Assembly (NCBI GenBank): GCA_041394705.1
Contig: JAWKHS010000025.1
Span: 6,157 to 70,156, forward strand
DNA: 64,000 bases
DNA from: Vicinamibacterales bacterium
GTDB lineage: Bacteria > Acidobacteriota > Vicinamibacteria > Vicinamibacterales > UBA2999
Reading direction: 5' to 3'
Shown here one piece after another: positions 11,203 through 20,483 of this stretch. Made by a program: the position numbers and the translations under genes. The notes under the pieces were generated by a model. It was not told the origin of the DNA. It saw only the letters and a list, made by a program, of their open reading frames with translations, and made no database searches. Position 1 is the stretch's first letter, and each line of letters opens with the position of its first letter.

Positions 11203-12259
11203 CACGGCGTCCGGCGATCGGCGATACGTCCCGCAGCTCGACGGCCTGCGCGCGGTCTCGGTCGCCGCCGTCGCGTACTCCCACTGGCTGCCGGCCTACC
11301 AGGTCGGCGTCCCGTTCGGCGCCGGCGTCCACCTGTTCTTCGTCCTGAGCGGCCTCCTCATCACGCGCATCCTGCTCGGGCTGCGCGACGAGCCGGCCCG
11401 CGGCCGGGCCGTCGTCCGCTTCTACCTGCGCCGGGCGCTGCGCCTGTTTCCGGCGTTCTACACCGTGCTGGGGTTGGCGTGGCTCGCCGGGGTGCCGCTC
11501 GTGGCCGCCACGTGGCCCTGGCACGCGGCGTATCTGTCGAACGTCTACATCGCCAGGCAGGCGGCGTGGCAGGGCCACCTGAGTCACTTCTGGTCCCTGG
11601 CGGTCGAGGAGCAGTTCTACCTCGTCTGGCCGTGGCTCGTGGTCTGGGCGCCGGCGCGATGGCTCGGACCGATCTTCGTCGCGACCGTCGCCGCCGGACC
11701 GCTGGCCAGGACGGCCGCAGCCGCGCGCGGATTGAGCGAGCCGTTCTGGGCGCTGGTCCCGGCAGGCAGCGCCGATTCGCTGGGCGCCGGCGCGCTCGTC
11801 GCCTGGACGCTCTGGGCCCCGCGCACTCGCGACCGCGCGCGACCGATCTGGGGGTGGGCGTGCGTCGCGGGCCTCGGCCTGTGGCTGGGCATGCGCGTCG
11901 TCGAAGCCGGCGGCTTCCTGCTGCCGGCCGCGGTGGCGGCCTGGCGCCAGGTGGCGCAGGCGGCGGTGTTCGCCTGGATCGTCCACCGCGCGTGGGACGG
12001 CGTCGGCGGCCTGCCCGGGCGGGTGCTCTCGCACCCGGCGGCAATCGCGATCGGCCGCATCAGCTACGGCATCTACCTCGTGCACGCCTTCGCGCCGCTC
12101 GCGCTCGACTCCGGGCTGCAGCGGGCGGGCGTGAGCTGGGCGGCCCCGTGGCCGTCGCCCGCGCGCGCCGCCGCGTCGTGGGTGGTGACGATCGGGCTGG
12201 CCGCGCTCCTGTGGCGCGCCGTCGAAGCCCCGGCGCATCGCCTGAAGTCGAGGCTCTGA
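11192..12259 (+). CDS. acyltransferase family 3 membrane protein
   Basis: 355 aa. LDGLRAVSV and VHLFFVLSGLLI motifs, about 10 TM helices. Overlaps the previous gene by 11 nt. Confidence 0.85.
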   Translation: MATDTASGDRRYVPQLDGLRAVSVAAVAYSHWLPAYQVGVPFGAGVHLFFVLSGLLITRILLGLRDEPARGRAVVRFYLRRALRLFPAFYTVLGLAWLAGVPLVAATWPWHAAYLSNVYIARQAAWQGHLSHFWSLAVEEQFYLVWPWLVVWAPARWLGPIFVATVAAGPLARTAAAARGLSEPFWALVPAGSADSLGAGALVAWTLWAPRTRDRARPIWGWACVAGLGLWLGMRVVEAGGFLLPAAVAAWRQVAQAAVFAWIVHRAWDGVGGLPGRVLSHPAAIAIGRISYGIYLVHAFAPLALDSGLQRAGVSWAAPWPSPARAAASWVVTIGLAALLWRAVEAPAHRLKSRL

Positions 12260-12282
12260 TCGGCCGCGGGCGGCTCGTCCCG

Positions 12283-13746
12283 TCAGCGCGGCGCCGACGC
12301 CCGTGGGGACCGCGGCTCGCAGACGACGACGTCCCCGCCGCCCAGGGTGCCGGGGAAGCGCCGGACGTCGCGGCAGTCGCGGGTCATCCGCTCGACGAGG
12401 GCCGGGTCGTGCCAGAACTCGATGAGCGTGTGCACGGCCAGCACGTCACGGGCGCCCGCGACCTCGCGCTGCCACGCCTCGTCGGTCTCGGCGCACGGCC
12501 AGGGCCGCTCGAAGTACCGCTGCAGCGGCAGGCAGATCGCGCCGGCGCCCACCACCGTCCGTCCGTTCGCCGACGCCGCGTCGAGCATGGCGAGCGGGGC
12601 CTCGAAGTCCTGCTTCGGCACGGTGGCGTTCCTCGCGAGCGCGGCCGCTGCGCCCGGCGCCAGCGTGAGCAGCAGGGCGACGAGCGCCGCGCCGTAGGCC
12701 GCCGGCGCCCGGCCGCCCAGCCGCCCGGCGATCCCGCGGGCGAGGAGCGACGCGCCGAACGCGACGAAGATCGCCGCCGCGCCCGAGAGGTTGAACACGA
12801 AGCGCGGCCGGATCGGCTGGCCCATCAGCGCCGTCAGCCCGACCGTCGTCACCGCCGGCATCACGAGCAGCCAGACGACGAACGGCCGGGACCGCAGCAG
12901 CGCCAGCCCCCCGGCCACGGCCGACACCACCGCCACGAGCAACCCGAGGACGCCGAAGCCCTCCGTGACCCCGCGGACCAGGTCGCCGGCCGCGCGGCCG
13001 GCCGTCGCCACTTTCGCGGCCTGGGGCGGCGCCTTCTCTGCGAAGGTCGCGAGGAGCGCCGGCACGTACGGCGCGTAGGTGACGGCAATGAGGCCGATCG
13101 TGACGGCCCACATCACGGCGAGGCGCGACGGCGCGTAGCGCCGGGCCTCCCGCGCGCCGAACACCCACGCCCCGGCGACCGTCAGGACATGGGCGACCAG
13201 CACGAACGCCATCGTCAGGTGCGTGTAGACCCCAGCCACGGCGCACGCCACGTACGCGGCTTCGATCCGCCGGTCGTGCCGCTCCGCGAGGCGCAGCAGG
13301 AGCGCGGTCGAGAGCAGCGTGAACGTCGCGAGCATCGTGTACCCGCGCGCGTTCTGCGAAAACCACACGTGGTGGCTCGACGTGGCCACGAGCACGGCCG
13401 CGGCCAGCGCCTCGGTCCTCGAGAGGAGCAGCCGTCCGGCGTCCCACACCGTCCAGACGGCGACGACGCCGAAGACGACGGCCGGCAGGCGCAAGGCCCA
13501 GGGCGACTCGCCGAAGGCGCCGATCGAGGCGTGGGAAAGCACGCTGTAGAGGGGATGCTGGTTGACGCCGGGAAAGTCGGTGAGGATCGTGGCCAGCGGC
13601 TGCCGGACCGAGATGACGAGCGTCGCGATCTCGTCGTACCAGAGCTGCGCGTCCAGCCCCGGCAGGCGCAGCAGCGCCGCGATGGCCAGCACCATGGCCA
13701 CCGCGACCGCGAACGGGCCCTCCGGCTCGTCAGTCCTCGACGACAT
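12283..13746 (-). CDS. polytopic GT-C glycosyltransferase, ArnT/PMT-like
   Basis: ATG 13746 inside track ORF 12283..14040; the remainder overlaps the upstream gene. 487 aa with TM-rich N-terminal two thirds and a soluble C-terminal domain. Overlaps the upstream stop by 17 nt. An internal alternative start is possible. Confidence 0.78.
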   Translation of the reverse strand: MSSRTDEPEGPFAVAVAMVLAIAALLRLPGLDAQLWYDEIATLVISVRQPLATILTDFPGVNQHPLYSVLSHASIGAFGESPWALRLPAVVFGVVAVWTVWDAGRLLLSRTEALAAAVLVATSSHHVWFSQNARGYTMLATFTLLSTALLLRLAERHDRRIEAAYVACAVAGVYTHLTMAFVLVAHVLTVAGAWVFGAREARRYAPSRLAVMWAVTIGLIAVTYAPYVPALLATFAEKAPPQAAKVATAGRAAGDLVRGVTEGFGVLGLLVAVVSAVAGGLALLRSRPFVVWLLVMPAVTTVGLTALMGQPIRPRFVFNLSGAAAIFVAFGASLLARGIAGRLGGRAPAAYGAALVALLLTLAPGAAAALARNATVPKQDFEAPLAMLDAASANGRTVVGAGAICLPLQRYFERPWPCAETDEAWQREVAGARDVLAVHTLIEFWHDPALVERMTRDCRDVRRFPGTLGGGDVVVCEPRSPRASAPR

Positions 13747-15154
13747 TCGACTCGAAGGTCGTCCGGGCCGCGGCCCATGCCGCGCGATCGAGGTCGCCGG
13801 ACGGCCGCAGGCACTCGGCGAGCGCGTAGGCCATGGCCATCGTGTGGTGCGTGTTGTCGTGCACGAAGAGGCCCTGGCGGCCGAAGGTGACGAGACCGTC
13901 CAGGCGGGACACCCATGCGTCGAGACCGTCGAAGGCCTGGCGGTAGCCCTCGGTGTACAGGGGATACGCGAACGGCAGCCGTTCGACGTGGACGCCCGCC
14001 ACCGGGGGCAGCGGGCCCAGACCGGCCGCATCGATGTCACGGCGGAACAGGTCGAGGAGGCCCGTGTCGGACATCGACCACTCCTCGCCCTGGAAGGCGC
14101 ACGGCAGCTCCGCGCACAGCACGGTGCGGCCTGGACGCTCGACCAGCCCGTAACGTTTCGGCTCGGACATCCGGCTGATGCGGATGTGCGACTCGGGGAA
14201 GTAGTGCGCGTCGAACTCCGTGAAGTAGTCGGCTTCCAGCGTCACGTAGACGAGCACCATCGCGCGGTATCCCAGACCCGCGGTGGCCTGGAGCGGCGGC
14301 GCCTCGCCCGTGCCCTCGACGAGGCGTGCCAGCACCGGCAGCGGGATGGTCGAGAGCACCTGGCGCGACGGAAACCGCCGCTCCTGGCCGTCCACGACCG
14401 CCGTCACCCCGGTGATGCGGTGGCCGTCGCCCGTCACCGCGCGCACCTCGGCCTGCAGCACCACCTCGGCGCCCGCGCCCGTCGCGGCCGCAGCGAACGC
14501 ATCGGCAATCTGTCCGAAGCCGCGCCGCGGATAGAAGAAGCGGCCGGCGCCCGGCGGTTTCAGGCCGGGCACGGCGCCCAGCACGCGCCGGACCATCTTG
14601 CCCAGCGACGAGTTGGCGACGCGGCGCCGCGCCTGCTCCGCGTCGAGCGCGTCCGGCGGCAGGCCCCAGAGCTTCTGCGCGTAGGGGAAATAGAACTCGC
14701 GGCAGATGGTCTTGCCGAGGCCGCGCTCGAGGAGCGATGCGAAGGTCGGCGGGTCCGCGGCGGGCGCGAAGCGCTTCGTGAGGGCGTCGCCGACGACGCC
14801 GAGGGCGAAGGCCGGCGGCAGGCGGAGCGCCAGGTCGAGAGGCTTGAGCGGGAAGTGGACCCAGCGGCCCTGGAGCCGGATGCGGCCGTGGCGCGGACGA
14901 TCGAGGAGGTCGGCGCCGAGCAGCGTCTTGATGTCGGCGAGGAGCGCCGGCGCGCAACTGGGGTGCAGCCGATGGCTCCCGAAGTCCACGGGGATGCCGT
15001 CGAGGACGAAGCTGCCGGCGTTGCCGCCGACGCGGGTGCCGCGCTCGAGCACGGTCACCGCGCCCCAGCCCTGGCGCGCGAGCTGGTAGGCGGCGGCGAG
15101 GCCGGCGGGACCTCCGCCGAGGATCACGATGGGATGACGGGAACGGTCGGTCAT
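13730..15154 (-). CDS. FAD/NAD(P)-binding oxidoreductase (Glf-like), paralogue of 237..1709
   Basis: ATG 15154. 474 aa. IVILGGGPAGLAAAYQ, YPRRGFGQIADA, AYPLYTEGYRQ and FGRQGLFVHDNTHHTM align block by block with the first flavoprotein. Confidence 0.88.
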   Translation of the reverse strand: MTDRSRHPIVILGGGPAGLAAAYQLARQGWGAVTVLERGTRVGGNAGSFVLDGIPVDFGSHRLHPSCAPALLADIKTLLGADLLDRPRHGRIRLQGRWVHFPLKPLDLALRLPPAFALGVVGDALTKRFAPAADPPTFASLLERGLGKTICREFYFPYAQKLWGLPPDALDAEQARRRVANSSLGKMVRRVLGAVPGLKPPGAGRFFYPRRGFGQIADAFAAAATGAGAEVVLQAEVRAVTGDGHRITGVTAVVDGQERRFPSRQVLSTIPLPVLARLVEGTGEAPPLQATAGLGYRAMVLVYVTLEADYFTEFDAHYFPESHIRISRMSEPKRYGLVERPGRTVLCAELPCAFQGEEWSMSDTGLLDLFRRDIDAAGLGPLPPVAGVHVERLPFAYPLYTEGYRQAFDGLDAWVSRLDGLVTFGRQGLFVHDNTHHTMAMAYALAECLRPSGDLDRAAWAAARTTFESNVVED

Positions 15155-16083
15155 GGACGCTGGGGCGTGGACGCCAGGCGCGCGCGGGTCACGCCGAGCG
15201 CGCTGCCGACGGCCAGGCCGAGAAGCCCGCTGGCGATCAGCACGCCCTGCCACAACAGGCCGGCGGCGAACACCAGGGCGCTCGGGGCGCCGAAGGGGGA
15301 GAGCAGCGACACCAGCGCCGCTTCACGCACGCCGATGCCCCCGAGGCTGATCGGCAGGATCGCGACGATCTTCGAGAGCGGCCACGCGACGAACCACGGC
15401 GCCACGCCGACATCGAGGCCGAGATCCCGCGCGAGCCAGACGTTGGTCAGCACGAAGGCCGACTGCACGGTGGCGGTGACGGCCACCGCGGCGCCGATGG
15501 CGCCGGCCCGGTCCCGGACGTGGCCGGCCAGCCGCGCGAGCGTCGCGCCCAGGCTGGCGCCGCGCCGGCGTGCCAGCACGACGAGACCGCCCGCGAGCGC
15601 GGCGGCGGCGACGGCGCCGGCGGCCAGGAGCGTCCAGCGCACGCGGACGTCGGCCGTGCGCAGGGCGGGCGGAAGCCCGGCCACGAGGGCGCCGACGGCG
15701 ATGAGGGCGCCGAGCGTGGCGGTGTCGATCAGGCGGTCGAGGACGCTGGCGACGGTCGCCGAGGTGCCGTTCACGCCGTGCGGCAGCAGGTAGGTGGCGC
15801 GCACCACGTCGCCCCCGGCCACCCCCGGCAGGCCCAGGTTGGCGACGAGGCCGGCGAAGTGGGCCCGGAGGCAGAGCCCGAGCGTCGCCTGCGGATCCTG
15901 GAGCAGCCAGCGGTATTTCGCGGCGTTCAGCGCATGTCCGGCCAGGAAGACGGCGAGGCTCGCCACCCAGACGGCGCCGCTCACCTCGGCGAACGCCTCG
16001 CGAAGGCCGGAGGCCGAGGCCACCGAGACCAGCACCACGACGACGGACACCGAGACGGCCGCCCGGACGACCCAGCGCAGCAT
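15151..16083 (-). CDS. UPF0104 / lysylphosphatidylglycerol-synthase-TM-region-like membrane protein (flippase-like)
   Basis: ATG 16083. 310 aa, about 8 TM helices, LPISLGGIGVREA signature. Stop overlaps the next start (ATGA at 15151-15154). Confidence 0.78.
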   Translation of the reverse strand: MLRWVVRAAVSVSVVVVLVSVASASGLREAFAEVSGAVWVASLAVFLAGHALNAAKYRWLLQDPQATLGLCLRAHFAGLVANLGLPGVAGGDVVRATYLLPHGVNGTSATVASVLDRLIDTATLGALIAVGALVAGLPPALRTADVRVRWTLLAAGAVAAAALAGGLVVLARRRGASLGATLARLAGHVRDRAGAIGAAVAVTATVQSAFVLTNVWLARDLGLDVGVAPWFVAWPLSKIVAILPISLGGIGVREAALVSLLSPFGAPSALVFAAGLLWQGVLIASGLLGLAVGSALGVTRARLASTPQRP

Positions 16084-16088
16084 GCCGA

Positions 16089-17048
16089 TCAGGCCTGCGG
16101 CCCGCGCGTGAGCTGGAGGCGCGCGATCATGTCCGCGAGCAGGCCGACGGACCACACCACGATGGCCGACAGGAAGGCCATGACCGCCGTTTCCGAGAGG
16201 TTCATCAGGTAGATGTCCTGCGCGAGCTTGGCGATCCCGATCGCGAAGAGGACGGCCCCGACCGGCAGGAAGACCTTCAGCGGGTTGAAGAGCACGATGG
16301 CCCGCACCACGAGCAGGATGAAGTTGCCGAAGTCCGACGGCCGGATCTTCGACCGGCCCGTTCGCACGGCGTAGTCGATGGGCTCGTAGATCACCTCGTA
16401 GCCGTTGGCCAGCATCGCCATCGTGATGGTGCTCGTGAACGAGAAGCCCATGGGCAGCAGCGGCAGGAAGTGCAGCAGGACGGACCGCCGCATGATGCGC
16501 TGCCCGGAGTTGAGGTCCGGGATGCGGCGGCCCACCAGGTAGCTGGCCAGCCGGTTCAAGAACCACTTCGGTGGGCGCCGTACCCAGCTGACGCCGGCCG
16601 ACGACAGCGGTCGCGAGCCGACCACCATGTCGGCCGTGGCCATGTGCGCGAAGAGGCGGGGAATCGCTTCCGGCGGGTAGGTGCAGTCGGCGTCGATGAT
16701 GAGGACGCAGTCGGCCTTTGTGCCGAGGATGCCCGTCTTCAGGGCCGCGCCGTAGCCCTTGTTCACCGGGTGCGCGACCACGCGGGCGCCGGCGGCGCGG
16801 GCCTCGGCCGCGGTGCGATCGGCGGACCCGTCATCGACCACGACGAGCTCGGACCGGCAGGCCATGCCCGACAGCACCGTCTGCACCCGCTCGACGGTCG
16901 ATCGGATGCCGCCTTCCTCATTGAAGGCGGGGATGATGACGGCCAGGTCTGGCGGTGGGGCCGGGGCGGCGATCGGTGCGGCGTGTCCCGCGACGGCGGC
17001 GTCCGACGACGCGCCGGCCGGCGTCCGCAGGGTGTCGACCGTGCTCAT
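16089..17048 (-). CDS. polyprenyl-phosphate glycosyltransferase (GT2; GtrB/ArnC/DPM-synthase-like)
   Basis: ATG 17048. 319 aa. VIIPAFNEE, VVVDDGSADRT, NKGYGAALKTG, IIDADCTY, plus two C-terminal TM helices as in GtrB/ArnC-type enzymes. Confidence 0.88.
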   Translation of the reverse strand: MSTVDTLRTPAGASSDAAVAGHAAPIAAPAPPPDLAVIIPAFNEEGGIRSTVERVQTVLSGMACRSELVVVDDGSADRTAAEARAAGARVVAHPVNKGYGAALKTGILGTKADCVLIIDADCTYPPEAIPRLFAHMATADMVVGSRPLSSAGVSWVRRPPKWFLNRLASYLVGRRIPDLNSGQRIMRRSVLLHFLPLLPMGFSFTSTITMAMLANGYEVIYEPIDYAVRTGRSKIRPSDFGNFILLVVRAIVLFNPLKVFLPVGAVLFAIGIAKLAQDIYLMNLSETAVMAFLSAIVVWSVGLLADMIARLQLTRGPQA

Positions 17049-17485
17049 CGGCGGTCCGCCCGTCGTGGACGTGCGGCCGGCCGGTCGATGGCGCGTCCCA
17101 TCCCTGGTCCTTCCTCGAATATGGCTCGATACTCTCGGTCGTCGCCGCACGGCGCCCCGGCCGCGCCGTCGCTGGGTGCGGCGCCGCCTCGTGGCCGTCG
17201 GGGCCGGGCGATGCGCATCGGAACGGGGATCGTACCACAGGGGCCCCGTGCAATCGTGGGCGCGCGGTCAGGAAAGTCCCGTCGAATCGCGCGTGCGAGG
17301 CTCGTTCGTCGATGCCCTTCCCGGCAGCGCCGCGCGTTGGTGCGCCGAGGTGTGCCGGACGAGCGGATGGTCGAGGCGGCGGACCCGCGGGCGCAGCCGC
17401 CCGTGTCGGCCTCGAGGGCGACCGGAGCGGAACGCACCCGTTGTACGATGCTGTCGGCCGACCTGGCGTCGCCGAGGCTCCTCTG

Positions 17486-18916
17486 ATGACACACCGCGTC
17501 CGCTCGCCGCTGCTCCTCGCCCTCCTCGCGGTGCCGATCGCCGTCATGCTGGGTTCGGCCTTCCGCAACCAGCTGACCGAGGTGCGCATCACCGTCGATC
17601 CGACCCGCCAGTTCCAGACCATTCACGGGTGGGAGACGGTCGCGCAGGCCTCGGTCAACGAGCTCGCGAAGTACGACAACCGGCAGGAAGTGCTCGACGA
17701 GCTGTTCGACAAGGCCGTGGAGTTCGGCCTGACGCGGCTTCGACTGGGCGTGCCGGCGTCGATCGAGAACGTCCGGGACTTCAAGGCGGAGCTCGCGGCC
17801 GGCCGGATCAGCCGCGAGGAGGAACGCTGCGCCCGCTACTCGACGGTCAACGACAACGACGATCCCTTCGTGCTCGACTCCAGCCGGTTCATCTGGTCGC
17901 ACCTGGACTCGCAGGTGCGGGACGTCGTGCTGCCGCTGGCCAGCCGCCTCGAGGCCCGCGGCGAGAAGCTGTGGGTGAACGTCCAGTACACGGCGTTCAC
18001 CGACCTGCTGTGCCGGGGCTACGGCTACGATCACGATCGGCCCGAGGAGTACGCCGAGTTCGCGCTCGCCGTCTACCAGCATCTGCGCGACACGTTCGGC
18101 ATCGTGCCAGATTCGTGGGAGATCATGCTCGAGCCCGACAACACGCAGGTCTGGACGCCGGAGCGGCTGGCGGAGGCGACGGCCGCCGCGTCGCGCCGGC
18201 TCGCCGACGCCGGCTTCACCCCGTCGTTCGTGGCCACGGGCGTGACCAGCGCGTCCAACGCGCTGCCCTACTTCGCGCCCCTCTGGGCGCGGACCGAGCT
18301 CCGCCCGTTCGTGCGGGAGCTGTCCTATCACCGCTACATCGGCGCCACCGCCGAGACCATCGCCGCCATCGGCGACTTCTCCCGCGCGGAGGGCGTCCCG
18401 ACGGCCATGCTCGAGAAACTCAACGCCGGCGCCGACGAGCTGTACCAGGACCTGACCGCCGGGAACGTCTCGGCCTGGCAGCAGTACGCGCTGTCGTGGC
18501 CGGGCGTGGACAACGGCGACCACTACTTCATCCTCGACCCGTCGAAGCCCCCAGGCGAGCGCGCGCTGCTCTCGTCGTCGGGCTGGTACCTGCGCCAATA
18601 CTTCCGGGCCCTCAGGCCCGGGGCGGTGCGGATCGGGGCGTCGAGCACCGACAGCGGGTTCAGACCGGTGGCGGCCGTGAACACCGGCGATCGCACCGCG
18701 GTCGTCGTGCGGGCGATGCGCGCGGGCCTCCTGACGCTGGCCGGCCTGCCGCCCGGCACCTACGTGACCTCGTGCTGGACCGATCGGGCGAGCTGGGACC
18801 GCGAACCCGACCCGTGCGCGGGGACCGTGGACGTGGACGACCGCGGCGAGGCCGTCGTGATGATGCCCGACGCCGGCGTCGTCTCCGCCGTGCGCACCGA
18901 GAATGTCGAGCCCTGA
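17486..18916 (+). CDS. membrane-anchored or secreted glycoside hydrolase (TIM-barrel clan GH-A-like, GH30/GH5-like)
   Basis: ATG 17486 inside track ORF 16955..18916. 476 aa. N-terminal anchor SPLLLALLAVPIAVML. WEIMLEPDN resembles the NEP acid/base motif. The family assignment is tentative. Confidence 0.65.
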   Translation: MTHRVRSPLLLALLAVPIAVMLGSAFRNQLTEVRITVDPTRQFQTIHGWETVAQASVNELAKYDNRQEVLDELFDKAVEFGLTRLRLGVPASIENVRDFKAELAAGRISREEERCARYSTVNDNDDPFVLDSSRFIWSHLDSQVRDVVLPLASRLEARGEKLWVNVQYTAFTDLLCRGYGYDHDRPEEYAEFALAVYQHLRDTFGIVPDSWEIMLEPDNTQVWTPERLAEATAAASRRLADAGFTPSFVATGVTSASNALPYFAPLWARTELRPFVRELSYHRYIGATAETIAAIGDFSRAEGVPTAMLEKLNAGADELYQDLTAGNVSAWQQYALSWPGVDNGDHYFILDPSKPPGERALLSSSGWYLRQYFRALRPGAVRIGASSTDSGFRPVAAVNTGDRTAVVVRAMRAGLLTLAGLPPGTYVTSCWTDRASWDREPDPCAGTVDVDDRGEAVVMMPDAGVVSAVRTENVEP

Positions 18917-20384
18917 TCCCTGGCTGGGGCGGCGCCTCGCCGTCAGCCTGTGGATCGTCCTGGCGCTGCACTTCGCGACGAACATCTCCCGCGAGCTCTA
19001 TCCGGCGCTGACCCTGGCCGAGCACGGGACGCTGGCCGTCGACGAGTACGTCGGCCTCCATCCGGACATCTTCGTAGCCCCGTCGGGCCGCGCCTTCATC
19101 AACAACAACCCGGGCGCGTCGGTCGTGGCGGCGCTGCCGCTGATCGTCGCGCGTCCGCTCCTGTCGGCGGCGGAAGCGGCGGGAAAGCGGCGGCAGGCCG
19201 CCGCGCACGGACAGGTGTCGGCCGTCTACGACGACCCGCGGCCCAACCGCCAGCGCTTCTTCCGCGAGGCCCGCGAGCGAGGGCTCGACCTGAAGTTCGG
19301 CGTCGCGGCGGCGGCCTCGGCCGTCGGCGTGATGGCGCCGCTGACCGCGCTGCTCGGCTGGCTGATGTTCCGTGTCCTCCGCGACGTGGGGATGGCGCCG
19401 GCGCGGGCCGCGATGTACGGCGCGTTGAGCGTGGTCGCCACGCCCGTGTTCTTCAGGGCGGCGTATCTGAACCACAACCATCTCCTGGGGATCGCCGTGT
19501 TCGCGGCCTTCGTGCTGCTCTGGCGGGGCCGCGCGACGACGGCGACGCTGGCCGGGGCGGGCGCCCTGGCCGGGGCCGGCGTGACGATGGACTACAGCGG
19601 CGTCGTGCCCGCCGCCTTTCTCGGCTGGTGGGCGCTCGTCGAGACGCGGGCCGCCGCGGAGGAGCCGCCGGGCGCGGGCCGCCTCGTCCGTCGCGCGGGG
19701 GCGTTCGGCGCCGGCGCGGCCGCGCCGCTGGCGGCGCTCCTGGCCTATCAGTGGTGGGCGTTCGGCGGCCCGCTCACGCTCCCGCAATCGCTCATGCCGC
19801 CGACCGAGTTCAGCGTCTACGGCTACAGCGGCATGAGCCTGCCGCAGGCCGATCTCATCGCGGCCAACCTGTTCGACCCGCGCTTCGGGCTGTTCGCCTT
19901 CGCGCCCCTCCTGCTCCTGGCCGTCCCGGGCGCCTGGATGATGCCGGCCTCGTGGCTCACGCGCCGCCAGACCGCCGCCATTGCCGCTCTCTTCGCGGGA
20001 TTCCTCCTGTTCTGCAGCGCGAACCAGTTCGCGCGCCTGCAGTGGAACACGGGCCTTCGCTACCTGTTGCCGCTCGTCCCGTTCTGTTTCCTCTACGCCG
20101 TGCCGGTGCTGGAACGGCTGCCGGCGCTCCTGCGCCGGTGGCTGCTCGTCCTGGCCGTGACGGAAGCCTGGGCGCTGGCGATGGCCCGCGAGAGCGTGCC
20201 CGAGTCGCTCCTGCGGATCTTCGTGGCGGGTCCGGAGTTGCCGTGGCTGACCGTCATCGGCAAGACCGCGCCGCAGTACGTGCCGTTCCTCCAGGGGGCG
20301 CCCTCGTCGCTCCCGTTCCTCTTCCTCGGGGCGGCGGCCGTCGCGGCCCTGTGGTGGCCGCGCCGCTCGGCCGAAACCCAGTAG
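18903..20384 (+). CDS. polytopic membrane protein, possible GT-C-type glycosyltransferase or polymerase (uncharacterised)
   Basis: 493 aa, more than 10 hydrophobic helices. Start overlaps the hydrolase gene by 14 nt. No family recognised with certainty. Confidence 0.65.
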   Translation: MSSPDPWLGRRLAVSLWIVLALHFATNISRELYPALTLAEHGTLAVDEYVGLHPDIFVAPSGRAFINNNPGASVVAALPLIVARPLLSAAEAAGKRRQAAAHGQVSAVYDDPRPNRQRFFREARERGLDLKFGVAAAASAVGVMAPLTALLGWLMFRVLRDVGMAPARAAMYGALSVVATPVFFRAAYLNHNHLLGIAVFAAFVLLWRGRATTATLAGAGALAGAGVTMDYSGVVPAAFLGWWALVETRAAAEEPPGAGRLVRRAGAFGAGAAAPLAALLAYQWWAFGGPLTLPQSLMPPTEFSVYGYSGMSLPQADLIAANLFDPRFGLFAFAPLLLLAVPGAWMMPASWLTRRQTAAIAALFAGFLLFCSANQFARLQWNTGLRYLLPLVPFCFLYAVPVLERLPALLRRWLLVLAVTEAWALAMARESVPESLLRIFVAGPELPWLTVIGKTAPQYVPFLQGAPSSLPFLFLGAAAVAALWWPRRSAETQ

Positions 20385-20483
20385 TCACCCGATGCCACCG
20401 ACCCGCCCCCGCGCGCTCCCCGCCCGTTCACGGGCCTGCACGTCCTGGCCGTCCGCCCGCGGTCGCCGCGACGGAGCCGGTCG

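Noticed and set aside
16470-17486. 338-aa plus-strand ORF spanning the 437-nt intergenic region.
   Set aside because: Arg-rich with no hydrophobic core pattern. Its 5' half is antisense to the GT2 gene, so the spacer is treated as non-coding.
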